64,000 bases of DNA from the human T2T-CHM13v2.0 reference genome, Homo sapiens. Shown here piece after piece: positions 1 to 15,000 of this stretch (position 1 is the stretch's first letter; each line of letters starts with the position of its first letter). The notes below the pieces were generated by a model that saw only the letters and a program-made list of their open reading frames with translations, ran no database searches and was not told the DNA's origin. The stretch lies in NCBI RefSeq assembly GCF_009914755.1, contig NC_060932.1; one strand, 5' to 3'. The position numbers were made by a program, and so were the translations under genes.

Positions 1-595
1 ATGGGTGAACTGATAATAGGGAAGAAAACAAAAGACAGTAGATTTTATTTAAATGCAACAGAAGGAGAGTGACCACAATCTTCAAATGATAAACAAATCA
101 TTTCAAAAATGAAAATTCCTGTTTGATTTGATGAAGTTCAGACCCATTCCTTCCAAGGAAGTGGAGCAGGATAAACTTGTGTTTCATTTTGTTCATGTCT
201 GGGGATTCTGGCCCTGAATTATCTTGAAAGACATATTCAGAAATGAAATCATAGTCATGAGGGTCAATGGGTTTTTAGATCCACCACAAAGAAGCTGAGA
301 AACCCCAGTCTGATCACATGCAAAACAAATCTATTTCAGATTTCTTATCCACAGAGAGATGATCAGGGAAGTTCGTTTACAGAGGTGATGGACAGAGCTT
401 CCAGCCTTCCATGTTTCCATGCCTGGGATAGTCCTAAGAACTCTTCCTAGGTGAGGGGGAGGAAAACCACAGTGCTTTCCTAGACTCTCCATTTTGACTG
501 TAAGCTAAAAGGCACTGAAAGATTCTTACATTTCTACAAGATGTAGAAGATGCTTATAACTAAAACAATTATCTAGTTAATTGCCTAAACTGTAA

Positions 596-904
<309 letters not shown>

Positions 905-1258
905 ACTCTGTCTTTTTATCAAAGATTGTAGGTGAGATTACAGAATCTTCTAGGTGGAATGAATTGTATTTGTCATCTTGTTCCAATCTTTACTAATGCC
1001 AGTTTAACTCACTAATATCTCTCAGGTATAAGCTGTTAACTCCTGCTTGAATATTTCCAGTGTTGGGGGAAATCAAGTCCTCAATTGGGAGCCCATTTCA
1101 TTTTTGGATAAATTTAGTTTGATTAAATAAAATTTTCTAGCACATCTTTTATTAGTATATATTAATATAGTTGTAAAAGAAAATTCTCAACTGGGATAAC
1201 CTGTTCATTTTGCATTAGTGGATGAAGAAATTTAACCACTGTTCTGTTGTTAAATTCA

Positions 1259-1666
<408 letters not shown>

Positions 1667-3265
1667 TCAGTAATTTTTGAATTTCAAAATAGGCCATCTT
1701 CTCTATCTTGGTTCCTACACCAATAAAATTATTATTAAGAGCAATTAATTCTATGAGTGACAGGTGAGTGTGCAGAATGTCTCACTGACATACTTCTTCC
1801 CAAGCAAACTGACCTCTGAACAAATGTGGATTTAATCATGTTAAGTTGACTCACAAGGAAACATGCTAACATGCGTTTAAGATTGATGGGCTTCAGAAGT
1901 GCAAGGCTGGGAGGACACCTGCCCAGGGGTGACAGAAGACCCTAGGTTGGTAATACATTTCCTAATGTTATGTCCTTCCTTGATAGCGGGGTTAGACTGG
2001 GCACATGAGAATTTCAAGAAAAACTTTTAAAAACCTTCCATACCACCATTCTTCCAGCTCACCCTCCCCAACATCTTTCATCCTTGGGAGGAAGAACTCT
2101 TCCTTTCTTCACTGGTCCAGCCCCCCACCCACACCCCCAGCCATGGAGAAGCCAAGAGAGTGGTAACTATTGCTATATTCTTTACCTAGAAGTCCCTGGT
2201 TGTAGATGATAATGATGTCTACCCATGAAGCGTTACAATTGCTTCAGTGACCAGGTCAATGGCCTCATAATTCTGTAATTCTATATTACACTGTTATAGG
2301 TGAAATTGGCACTTCTGACTCTGAAAATGCTGGCTTTATGGGACTGGAACTGGCTAATTGATCTGATTAAAAAATACACACGAAATGGTACTTGATATCA
2401 TTTGACTACCTAGAGGGTGGTAGAAACAGCTGTAATTTTGCAAGATAATATCAAGACAATAAAGGAGTCTTATAAGGCTACTGTCTCATTAAGGGATGGA
2501 TTTCTTCCCGAAGCCTCTTTGAAACCTGTCCTTCACATCTGAAGGAGGAGGCCAAGATATTCATACTATGTTGGGACTTACTAGAGCAGTAAAAACTCAA
2601 GAGCAGCCTGATGCTATAACAGAATAAATCTTTAAAAATCATTTTAACAATAAGATCATGAAAATGACTAGGAGATATGTGATTTAGAAAAATGAAAGAG
2701 AAAAGCTGAGACCATTTGGTTCATGCTTCATGTTCCCATTTCTGTTCATCTAAATAAGACATGGAGTGGTTCAACAAATTCTGAATGTCCCCAAGACAAA
2801 AATGTGCATTTTGCTCGTTACCTAATTCCAGAGTCCAACATCATAACCCATCAGAAAATTCATTCATTTGCTTAGCCTTCTTTTCTTTGCCCAGATTTCT
2901 CCTTTATTATTTTATACTAATCATTACAACTCCAATAAAAGTTGATGGGATGAAGTAAGAAACATTTTAGAGTTTATGATTCATTTTTCTTGAAGTTTTT
3001 AAAGCCTCCATTTAACTTTGATTTTCTTTATAAATGACAGAAAAAAACTGAGAGACATTCTGGACATAGCGAAGAACCAATTGTACTGAGCCAAATAATT
3101 ATCTAAAGATTCTCTTGTGTGGCAAATCCTTGGTTTTATGTGGCTGCTAACCGAAAAAAGAAATAACATTAAATGAATGTTTTTGAAAATACTCAGCACA
3201 GAACTTGGTTCATAGTAAGCACTATTTACAATAGTTATCATAATATAAAACTGGCAAAAGCTTAG

Positions 3266-3615
<350 letters not shown>

Positions 3616-4159
3616 GGGTTTGATTGTTCTGGGAGGCTATTTCTGGCTTTGTCTTCTCTTGAGCCATCTTGTCACAAAACTACCTCCTTGATTGCTCAAG
3701 CTAATCAGCCTTTTTGGGATACACAGTTCAACGGTGGTTCTCCCACTGGCCTAAGAAAAAATGTTTCATGTGTTCATGTATTCACTTATTTGATTCTTAC
3801 GTGTTCATGCATAGTTAGGGTGATAGAGTTGCCTTTGTTTTCAGGCTACCTTTATCAAGATTGTGTCTGTTGCCAGAAACAAGAGGTGGATTGTTTGTAT
3901 ATGTGTGTGCCTATGTATGTGTACATGTGTGACATGTGTGGATATTTGTGTGTGTGTAGGGGGGCAGGGGGGAATGAATAGAGGATAAAAGAAATGTTCA
4001 TGGTTTTAACTTTTTTTTGGTCTCTATGGTATATTTGCCATATGCATTACTGTATAACTCCTCCCTTGCAACCCACTGGCTGCATCCTTCTTGAATTTCA
4101 AACTATATGAAAATCAGGTGCTTAGGAGAAAGACAGGATTTTTCAAGGTGTGGCAGAAG

Positions 4160-4390
4160 TGGTAGAATAGCTTGGGAGACACAGTGAACTCTACTTGAAT
4201 CCCCACTCTGCTGCCTTCTATTACTGTGGGCCTTGGAAAAGCTGCTCAAACTCTTTGAGACTCCCTTACCTGTCAAATAGTACAATTAGTACCTCCATAA
4301 AGGAAGTTGTGACACTTAAGTAAAATGAGGTAAAACATTTAAAATAGTCATGATAGGGCCTGATATGGTAGTAAGTGATCAGCAAATACC
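4160..4390 (+). mobile_element. MIR
   Basis: Diverged MIR core (...ctctgctgcc..actgtgggccttggaaaag...acctgtcaaatag). Confidence 0.6.
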
Positions 4391-4645
4391 AGTTTCCTTG
4401 TCACATTGCTGCCTCAGTTGCAATTCATTGCAGCCTCCAAGGCACTTAAGTATTATCTGCATTTCATCTGCACCACCTTGCAAAGTGGCCATTATCATGC
4501 CCAATTTTAGGATGGGAAGTTCCCAGATCACAAGCCAGAGTGTAAGTTCCCAGGGCACAGAAGCTGTGGCTTTATGTCTTCCTATATCATCTCAGTATAA
4601 GATGCCCAATGGAGTGGACACAAACAGAATCCAAACCAAGCATAC

Positions 4646-4786
4646 TGAATGCTCTGAGCTGTTCCTGATGGACTTCCCAAGAATCAATAGCATGAATGCT
4701 CTGAGCTCTGCTGGAGGCACTTCCCAAGAATCACTAGAGTGAACACTCTGAGCCATGCCTGATGGACTCCCAAGGAATCACAAGAA
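4646..4786. repeat. Three diverged tandem copies of a 47-bp unit
   Basis: TGAA(TG/CA)CTCTGAGC...CCCAAG(G)AATCA starting at 4646, 4693 and 4740. Confidence 0.85.
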
Positions 4787-7098
4787 GTGTGGACAGAAAG
4801 ACAATCTTTTGCAGGAGCATAAAGAAACCCATGCGTGAAATATCTAATCCTTGGCTGGCTTGTCCTCACAGGAAGAAAAGCATGGCCTTTGGGAATGATA
4901 AAACATCTATCATCCTTGAAGAGAGAAACAATCCTTATCTTTTTTTGGAAAATAGTGATAATAAGGATCTTAGAATAATCAAATCATTTAGAGAAAATAC
5001 AAGCAAATGACACCTACAAATTTAAACACATCTCAGAGGCCAAGGTGGTCACTGCTTGTGCTCCAGTGATCCTGGGAGATTGTTGGAAGCACCTCTTCCA
5101 ATGAGCTACAAGGCTGTACTTGCTTAGATTAATGACGGTTGGAACCCTGGTACCCTGGGATACAAGACACATTAAGATTGGCCCATATGAGATTTATCTT
5201 AAAGAGGGTCTTGCCTTGTGCAGGTTTGGGTTAGAAGAGGATTAATTAGAAGGACAAGGGAAAAGAAAGACTATTGCATTTATACAAACTTCTGTTATAT
5301 GAATATTGTGCCATTTAATTTTCACAACAACCCCTAGGGGCAGACAATCATACTCATTTCGATGAGATCAAGCCCCTTGCTTTGTATCACCCAACCGGTA
5401 ACTGGTTGGAACTGGGTTCAAGTCAGAATCCAGTCTATGTTCTTTCCTCTGTCTTTCAACGAAGACTAAATACTGGTGAGCGAAATGAGGATTTTATACG
5501 TGTGTGTGTGTATCCATTTGAGTGACAGAAAGATATCAACTTGTCATTACCCATTATTGATCAGTAAACTAATCAACTGTCCTTTATGCTCACTTCTATT
5601 TCCAAAGTGGGACTTGAACTGAGGTCTAGCTGATCCCAAAGACTGTGGTCCTGAAGCCATTATTAGTCTCTTGGAGACATCTCCTCTAGACTTGTTAAAA
5701 GCCATATTACCCTTGAGTTAGGACCCGGGGACTTTTTGATGTAAGCTGATCTCTGAAGATGTGGGGCAAGTGACCAGCCCGAGTCTCATGCTCAATCAAG
5801 GACAGAGAAAGATGGCCAACAACCAAGAATAACAAAATCCAAAAAAGAGTATTTACCAAAATGCAGGTCTTCTTGCAAAATCAGAATCTTGGGGGCAGAG
5901 TGATGGGATGGTACCTGCATTTCAAACAAGATCCCCAGATGATTCTTAAGTTTGAAAACTATTAGCCTGAGACAAAGAGAGTTTTAGTACATAAATTTGT
6001 CACAAGGACAAAGGATGCCTTTTCTCAAAGCAATTAAGAATCAAGAGGAAAAATATCAGCATTAAAAGAAGGAAGGAACTTTAATCTTCCTTGATATGGC
6101 TTGATTATCACAGTTTACCCACAAAAATGCCCATATCCAAAGCATAAATATGCAATCAATTTTGAAGTATATATTAAACATGTCTTAATCTTTATTCAAG
6201 ATGAGGAAGTCACCTTATTATAAGGTGATAATATTGTTTTTGGAACACTTAGCTTAATGAAATAATTCCAAATAAGTGTTCCTGTGTTATTAAGCTCTCT
6301 TAAGATGCTAAAGTTTTGGGTTGGCTACTCTGGCTTGGAAACATCCATAAGTAAATGTAATTAATTGTCTTCCCTATCCTAAGCCTCATTCAGAGCCATT
6401 TCCCAGAAGAGAAGTGAGGACCAGAGGCTGAGAAACATCACCTTCTTGTAAGTGCTCTGAAAATGGAAGGGCCCAAGATAAGTGATCCCACAAAAGGTTA
6501 AGTTCCTCAGTGTGTAAAGAAGGCTCACAAATAAAAAAGACAAAGGTGAGCACTGCGATAAAAGATTGGCAATGAAGACAAATGTGTAAATCATACCATC
6601 AAGGTATAAGAAATGTGCAAGTCACAAAAGGAGAATTATAAAGGCCAAAATATGTACTGACAAACCTTCTACTGCAATAATAATTTTAAAAATAAAAACA
6701 GAAATGCCAGGCAGGTGCTGCTTTTTACTTCTTACCAAATTGACAAGTTTTTAAAAGTGTAAGCACAATTTTTGAGGGCAACTTCAAAATGACTATTAAG
6801 TATTTTTAAATGTGAATTCTCTTTCACCCACCCCTAGGATTTTATCCTAAAAATAAATAAGCAAAAGTGCATAATTTAACTATGAGAATAGTCATTACAA
6901 CATAATTTGTAATTTATAATAGTGAAAAACTTTTTTTAAAAGCCTGAAATAGTTAAATGTGCAATGAGATAGTATGTAAATACTAAAATTACTGTGTAAG
7001 TGAATATTTAATAATGGGGAAAAAAGCTCAAGCAAAGAATGTTTAACACTGTGTTACGAAGCCCTGTGCATACAATGGTCTATTTTTATAAAAATTTT

Positions 7099-7466
7099 TG
7101 ATATGGTTTGGCTCTCTGTCCCCACCCAAATCTCATCTTGTAGCTCCCATAATTCCCACATGTTGTGGGAGGGACCCAGTGGGGCGATGACTGAATCATG
7201 GGGGTGGGTCTTTCCTATGCGATTCTCGTGATAGTGAATGGGTCTCGTGAGATCTAATGGTTTTTAAAATGGGAGTTTCCCTGCACAAGCTCTCTCTTTG
7301 CCTGCTGCCAGCCTCATAAGATGTGACTTGCTCCTCCTTCACCTTCTGCCATGATTGTGAGGCCTCCCCAGCCATGTGTAACTGTAAGTCCAATAAACCT
7401 CTTTCTTTTGTAAATTGCCCCATCTTAGGTATGTCTTTTTCAGCAGCATGAAAATGGACTAATACG
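7099..7466 (+). mobile_element. THE1 (MaLR) solo LTR, inserted in an old L1M 3' fragment (approximately 6560-7650)
   Basis: TGATATGGTTTGGCT...CCCACCCAAATCTCATCTTG start; ...GGACTAATAC end. Confidence 0.92.
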
Positions 7467-9023
7467 GTTGTGTACATAAGTCTATAGATTCACACTCATG
7501 TAAGACCAGAATGACAGATGCCAGAATGGTAACAGTGGTTACCCTGGGTTGAAAGATCCAAAGAGATTTCATTTTTTTCTTTTTGCCTTATACTTAGTAT
7601 CAACTTTTACTGGTGAAAATGCATTCTTCTTTTAATAAGAAAATATCCAATAAGAAATATTCAATAAGGAAATACCAATGTGATTGGTAGCATCTGACAG
7701 ACACATTAAGTTTTCTACATCTCTTTACCATAGTTCTGATTTGTGCTTGCCCATGAGATCTGTAAGCCCACTTAGGAAATATCTAGCCTGACTAAAGAAG
7801 GGCAAATGATTCATCTGGGAAATGTGGGAAGAGCTGAAGAAGGCCTTTGGCAACTGCAATAGGTCTCCTCTCCCCTATCCAGAGTTCTGCTTAGAAAGTC
7901 CTGATGACTGGCTGGGTAGTGAAGGAAGATGTTGAGTCACTAATTCTAACCTGGCTGAGGCCCAAGCCTTGGGTCACATGACTTGTTACATATCATCCAC
8001 ACTGGGTGATTTTTTAGAGTGAAGGGAGGTGATACTAATTTCACATTGTAAAAATAGACATCTACTACTCTCCTGGGCAAACCAGGACATATGGCCACCA
8101 TGATCATAGGAAATTCACAGATTTATAGCATTAACTGCTGAAGTGGTCAGCAGCTGTCCAACGTCCTCATTTCACAGATAAAGAATCCAAGGACTAGAGA
8201 AGGAAAGATATGTTCGCTAAGCTACATGAGTCATGAGCATACTGTTCTGAAGCTTAACTCAAAAGACTCCTGTGAGGGAGCAGGGAGTGAGCCACCTTTG
8301 AAATTCCATGGCAGGGAGTACACAGAACTTTTGTTCTCTGCTGAAACTCCACTAAAAAGAGTCAGATCAAAATTGACCCATGCCTTTCGGCTCTTAGAGT
8401 TCACAAAAAATATCCTGAAAACAGCTACAGGGGGTGAGGCAGTCTTATCTAACCTTCTTAAACTGAGTCTTTATTCATTTCCTTATTCATTCAACAAGTA
8501 TTTATGCAATACCATGAATTATATAAAAGTCCTGTTTCACATAATGTTGTGGATAGGCACACCAATTATTATAGGCAAACGTGACCAGGGAATGTCTGAA
8601 TGATATTTCTGTACATTTCGATGGAGCTTTGTTCATTTCGGTGTTTGAACATTTCAGTGTTTTCATAAAGGTGGAAAGGCAAACGGGTTCCTATATTCAT
8701 TTGTCTTCTTATTGTTCAAACGGAATAAAGCCTTTCCTTTCCTACAAAGATTGCAAAGGAACAATTATTTTTCCATTTCCATTTTTCCTTTCAGAAAACA
8801 TACTTTTATGGTCCAGACTTGTTCCCAAGAAGAAAGGTAGGGCAGTGGGAAGAGAAAAGGCTTTAGAATCATAAATATTGTATGTATTTAAAAAATTCTA
8901 AGACATATATTCTTAATAAAAATGTTCAATTTTCCTTAAAATGTACACCTTAACATCTCTGAAATCAGCATGCACCTTATTATCAGGGGAATCCTAAAAT
9001 CTTGAGTTCTTTCCAGGGAGGTT

Positions 9024-9056
9024 TGCAATTGCTTCTGTGGTCACCAGGTGGCAATA
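9024..9056 (+). promoter_or_regulatory. Candidate CTCF site with upstream motif
   Basis: TGGTCACCAGGTGGCAATA (9038-9056) matches the CTCF core; TGCAATTGC at 9024-9032. Confidence 0.6.
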
Positions 9057-11806
9057 TCAACCCAGGATCATTTTAAATTAAATTCTCTGATAATTTTTTT
9101 TTTTTTTGTCCACATTCAAAGTGTGAATTCATGCAGCAAACCTATGCAGATTCCATTTCGGAGTTTAAATTCTTGGGGAGCTTCTTCCCTTTATTAAATC
9201 AATACCAGGGTATAGGCATATGGGTTTCCTCACTACCCTTGTCTAAGGGGGTTGTCCCACTAGCCCCTCAGCCCCCCATATCCTTACCCGGAGGGTGTAA
9301 GCCCAGTTTATTAGTGTGTGTGTGTATGTGTGTGTGTTTCCTCTTAGAAACCCATATTGAGGTTTTTTTTTTTTTTTTCCTTTCTGAGAGCTGCATAGAA
9401 AATACAGCATCTCACAGTTGATGACACCTTAGAGTCAATGAAATATAGTAGCTGGATTTTGAGATCTAAGATCTCCACTTAACCTCTTGGAGGTTCAGTT
9501 TTCTCTTTTGTAAGTGGAATAGTAAACTGATGTATCTAACAGCAAGCACAGAGGAACTGCATATTAATGCTATTTTCTGATTCTGGAATCCTATGTATTT
9601 GAAAGCCTTGTTTTAATTTTGTTATGGCTCTAGAACCCTTTCCTACTTAGCCTCTCCTGTAAACTCCCTCTCTGTGCCTCCCACTGCATCCAAAGTTTGA
9701 CAAAAGGAAAATGAAGACAGCACGGGATTGTCTTCTTCGTACGAAACCCTGGGAAATCAAGTCCTGGGGACTCCTGGCAGAGGCAGCATAGTCAACAGAC
9801 AAGAGCAGTGGCTATGGCATCATGGTAGGCTCAGATTCCAGTCCCTCTCTGACAGTTTGACTTTGGAAAAGCTTCATAGTAGTTTCTCCATGTCACGTTT
9901 CACCAAGTATAAAATGAAGCTCATAATAACATCTACTTTTTATTACTGTTTTTGTCAGTTGATTTATGCAGACAGCTTAGAAATAGTGCCTGGTACTTGG
10001 TAAATACCCAATGAATGTTACTTGTGATATATTCTCTGCTCAGCAGTAACACAGTCCCTAGAGATGGTCTCAGAGCAAGAGTCAATGAAGAGTATCTCGG
10101 TAAGAGTCAGTGAAGAATATCTCGGTGACAGGAGAGGAGTGATCGTTTGCTGATGTGTCCTGTTGCCATCACCACTGGGGAACCCATGCAATGCATAGCA
10201 CAGGCTAGGTGGTCTGTGGCTAGACTGTCAATGGGCAAGTCCCATGTTTGTTCAGGGTGCTGTACTCTGGCTCTTCTAGAAGAATCTTCCCTGGTCACAG
10301 AAATCAACCTCAGGCATGCTGTTCCTCCCTTAGATGTGAATGCTATTAAATAAAACACACTAGAAACTATCTGTAGTATGCACGGGTTAGGTTATTAGTG
10401 AAGCAAGTACATCTTTAGCAAAAATAAATAAAAGCGTTTTGTATAGCTCTGGACACAGGTATTTACACAAGCTAATTGAGAAGTTTCTTTGTAAAGCAAT
10501 CTGCTCTTCATCCTAGCTTCTTCAATGCAGTAACCGGGAAAGAAAATGTATTTAATTTGGACCTTAAGCCCTTAATTATATGATGAATAAGAGAAGTGTG
10601 TCTTTTACTTTTTTTGTGTGGGTTGAGTGAGGCAAAATGTTTCTTTTCCTTTTGTTTTGTTAGTACATAGACACAATCCATCTCAAATTGGGAACTGTAG
10701 GTGAAGGTATTAATTTTGGAGTCTGCAATCCTTAGGTAGCTATCAAAGAAGCTCATTGGGAATGCTGTATGTGCACAGAATTGTGAATTCTCTAAACTAA
10801 GGAAAGCAAATCTCCCAGGCAGCTGAACAAACTTACAAAAAAATTGCTCACTGGAGCTTTACAGAGTATTGAATCAAACTCCTGAAATTTGCTTGTAGAT
10901 TCCCTGCTGTTCCTGCCCGAGGCTCCTGCAGATGCCAGGCACCTCTTATGCTCAGTCAAGGAAGGTCTGTCAGCTTCTATCAGCACAAAGGAGCAACCCA
11001 GTTAAGCAAGGTCGGCACCCCATCTGCCCACTCCCTTCTCCAGTTCAAAGCTGAGGTGGGGGAGGGGAATGGAAAAAGTCATCATTAATGTGGTGATAGC
11101 TGCCATCCTTGAACACTTTACCTAATCAAGGTGTTGCCCTGAAGACTTTCATATTAACTGTGAGGTAGGTGCATTCATTATCCTCATCATACAGAGGGGA
11201 ACTCACGCTCAGAGAGGTTACTTTACTTATCTAAGTTCACATAGCAAGAAAGTGGCAGAGGTGGAATTCAAATTTGACTCTGAATCCACAACCCATCTTC
11301 TTTCTACTATGCCTAGGTCAGAAGACTCTGAGGCAGCAGACAACTGGGGAAAGGGGAGAATAGATATCTAAAATCTAAGAAAGACAGTGTTTATCACTGA
11401 CCGCTTACATCAAGTTATTGGGTGCCCTCATTTATTATGTTAAAATGGTTGCAGCTGATGTGAATTCATCTAAAAGCAAAGTTAAGTGGCTGTTAATGCC
11501 ACTTGGCTTAATAATCTGAAAGTGGAAGAAACTCTTGATGCTTACTGAGTTAAAGGAGTCTTTGTTCTTTGAGTCTTCTTTTCCTTAAAGAGCAAGCTGA
11601 TGTTCTCTTAATCTAACTCTCATCTCCTTTCATGACCTTCAGTCTACTCATGATTTTCAAGGAGAAAAATGAAAGACAGTACCAAACCAAACCAAAGCAA
11701 ACAAACAAAGAAACCAAAACCACAGCCCCTGGGCTCTCTCTCTAGTCCCATGAACATCTACCACAATTTACTCAGAAAAAGAGCCGCTGTGGAGACCCAG
11801 CTCTAC

Positions 11807-12004
11807 CTTGTGCTCCAGGCTGGAGTCTTTAAACATCAGTGAGAATGGCTTGATATGCTCTCTTCTCAATTTATCGCCACTCCGCAAGTCGATGGTATGT
11901 TCTATTCTCTTGTTAATTTCCTCAGGCCCAGACTGGACATGCAAAGCTTGTGCAAGATGGTTTGGAAGCAGATTTATTGAATTTCTTGTTAGGGCAGCCA
12001 GAGT
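11807..12004 (-). CDS. ADCY8: ADCY8 coding exon (probably exon 8), 66-aa C1b cassette [66 protein letters not shown]
   Basis: 198 nt, phase 0/0, translated by hand (absent from the ORF track); acceptor tttccccctAG, donor AAG|GTAGAG; matches recalled AC8 sequence. Confidence 0.95.
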
Positions 12005-15000
12005 CTAGGGGGAAAGCACATGCAAACACAATAAACCTGCTAGTCCCCTTTAGATAAAACAGAAATGCAATGTTTTTAGATCATGTTGCATTGCAAACAG
12101 TAATAGCATTCCATGCAGTTGTATTCAGTGAAACCTACAGAAGTTGATCTGATAGCATTTGGTGCAGAGAAATACAACCTGGCAAAATATCACATCCAGA
12201 GGGACACTTCCTTTTTCTCTATGTAGGCACACTGAATTCCTTTGGTTGAGGTATTTGGAGAGTTGTTGGCTTAGAAATGTTAATCAAGACCCTTTCTCTA
12301 ACCAGGCACAACCTGGGTATGAGAGAAAGAGAACCAAAAAAATAACAGAAAGTAAATATATGTTAAAAGTCCCCAAAAATGATCATCTCCAACTGAGTAG
12401 ATTCCACATTTTCGTGTGACCTTTCATTTAATGGTGGTGGAGAGACTTGGGGTCTTATGGCTTGCATTTTGTTTTTTTAGCATTACTCATAGAAAGACAG
12501 CCAAATATGCCAGGATCTGCTCCTTAAACTTGATAAAGATTGCTAAATTTTTTACTTCGCTAATATGTCCCTCCCTCAGCATAGGCCATTATATATCTAT
12601 ATATTCATATAGATATATGTGTGTAATTCCTTTTAGGTAAAAAATGCAAGCAACTTGCAGCCTCCCACCATTTCACAGGGTTACACAGCACGAGACGGGG
12701 AAAGGCATAACCACCACGGTTGGTCACTGGATATGGATACATGGATGCAGAAACTGCATTGGCTTACGAAGACACACCAGGTTTGGCAAGGAGACCTTTC
12801 CTCCTGGTGATTCAGTAGCCAGGATAAGATTAACTGGCTGTATCTAGCCAAATGCAGTGTTCACTCACAGCACCAATTTAAGGCAGCTTCTTAGACCAAA
12901 AAACAAAAAAAAAAAGTGTGAGTTGGACCTGAAGGGATATATAGGGACAAGGAAGCCCAACCCATCCTTCCAATAGATCTTCTTGAAGGAAAGTAGAGGA
13001 TGCCACGCATCTGTAGAGTGAGTAAGGAAGTGAAAATTCTCTGCCTTTATACACACTCACTGCATTTGCTTTTCTCTGCCAGCCTCTCAGCTTGGCTATG
13101 TTTAGAACACAGGCTAGATGAAGATAAGATTATGGAGTCATCAAATGGCAGCCTGTGAGAGGTGACATAGGACCTTGCAGATCCTCTTGCCAAACCTTCA
13201 GATATCGATGAGCCTCAGAGAGACTTGCTCATTTGCTGCCAAGCCAGATCTGCTGACTCCAGGACCACAGCTGGAGTCAGGAGCTTTGACCTCTGTGAAG
13301 CCATCCAGCCCACCCCATAAGGATTCTCCCTATGGTGTTATTGAACCCTTCATTTTAACCTTCATGAAGGTAATCAATGTAACATAAATTCAAAGCTTCT
13401 AAAGCATTCTATAGCAGGGCTCATCACGGCTAGACTTTACTGAAACCCTCTTCTCCAGCCCTAGAATAAAGAATAGAGCTGCCTGTGCCAACATGAGAAA
13501 GCAAAGTACATGCTCTTAGGGCACTGAAGCATGTAATTTCAGCTCTGAGTACCAAAGAGACTACTATAGAGAAAAAAATAGATGTTAGGGGGTGGCATGT
13601 TAGGAGAAGGGCTGGAGCAGAGACAAGGAGGCCAGAACCAATGTTCTGGAGAATTGAAAAGCAGGATACATGCGGGGCCAGAGAGTTTAGTCCCTGGAAT
13701 TAAATGCTATTAGTGCAGCATCCCAGAGAGCAAAGGAAGCTGAACTGTCAGCCACTTGGTGGATTTCTCATTGGTTTTTTGGTCAGAAGTTTTTTTCATA
13801 TGGCATGGAAAGTGATAAAACTCCATTTTCCATCTTGGAGAAGAGATGGAAATGACAGTCCAGCTGTCCTCGTCTGACCATACATTCTGACCTTGGGATG
13901 CCAGGGTGCCCTCGTAAGTGCTTGGAGCTGGGGTCTAACAGCTGGAGAGGAAATCTGCTACAACATCTGAGCACATTCATAGTTAGGCATCTCTCACTGT
14001 CTGATATTTTTATTTGTATATGGTTTTCCTTCTATTAACTAAATTGAGCTTATCCACTCTACCAGTCCCTTGTGCCTTCAGTGACTCTAAGACTTTTGGA
14101 TTTCACAGAGGAGAGAAGTTTCAAAAAATAGTTTGGGGATTGATTTCTTTAAATTTCAGTAGCAGCAGCAGCAGTAGCAACCACAGCTCTTTAATATGAC
14201 CATTATGTAATAGAAGAAAGGGCGTTTTTTTTTTTCCTTAACAGGAATGATGTAGTCTCAGAATAAAAGACAGTCCTTTACATTGAATACATTTAATTTA
14301 ATAAATAACTATCTACTTTGTCCTTATTTTTCTCATATTAATGTGAACTGGTGAAAATGTTAGCAGGAATTGATACTGGTATGTAGAGGACATTTGGAAA
14401 TTAGGAATAGACATTGCTTCCTGGTTGCCTGTGCTGTATTCAGCCGTCCATTCAGAGAAGGATTCTGCTGCCATTGGCCACTTCTGTAGGATACAGACCA
14501 ATGAAATCTCCTCCTTTCGAAACTCCCCTGCTCCTCTCCACATTCTATTGGCTGTCTATGTGGTTGCTTCAAATGAGAGAGAAATTTAGAGGCATTCTTC
14601 TTTCTTTCATCACCACCACCAAGTTATAGGTAATAGTTGGGAAGGAGCTCCTTTCATCAAAATGTCAATAATGTGGTGGAGAATTCTTTTCTTGCCCATG
14701 TAGTTATTTTTATTCTTTGCAAGTGTTTTCCTAGCATTTTATGCAGGTAGTCAATTTTCAGTGATGTTTTTTCTGATTATTTCCTCTGTCAATTACATAT
14801 GACAATTACAAATGCTGTTTGGCCAGCAACCTCTCTAGCACCTACCTTACTCCTTAGGAGTATATGTGCTTAAGGGAAGACCATCATTAACTCAAGAAGG
14901 CAAGCAAATTGAAACTAGAGAGGGACATCAGGAAATCATCTGCTTTCATTTAACCCTCAGTACACTGCAAAGGCTACATGTCTTTGGGGGTGACTATGAT

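Noticed and set aside
2391-2455. Short inverted repeat (CTTGATAT...ATATCAAG) as a possible pre-miRNA
   Set aside because: Stem too short and imperfect.
4646-4786. Repeat-spacer (CRISPR-like) appearance
   Set aside because: Eukaryotic DNA; whole units are homologous with no unique spacers.
14158-14180. CAG-like run
   Set aside because: Only about 7 interrupted units, intronic.
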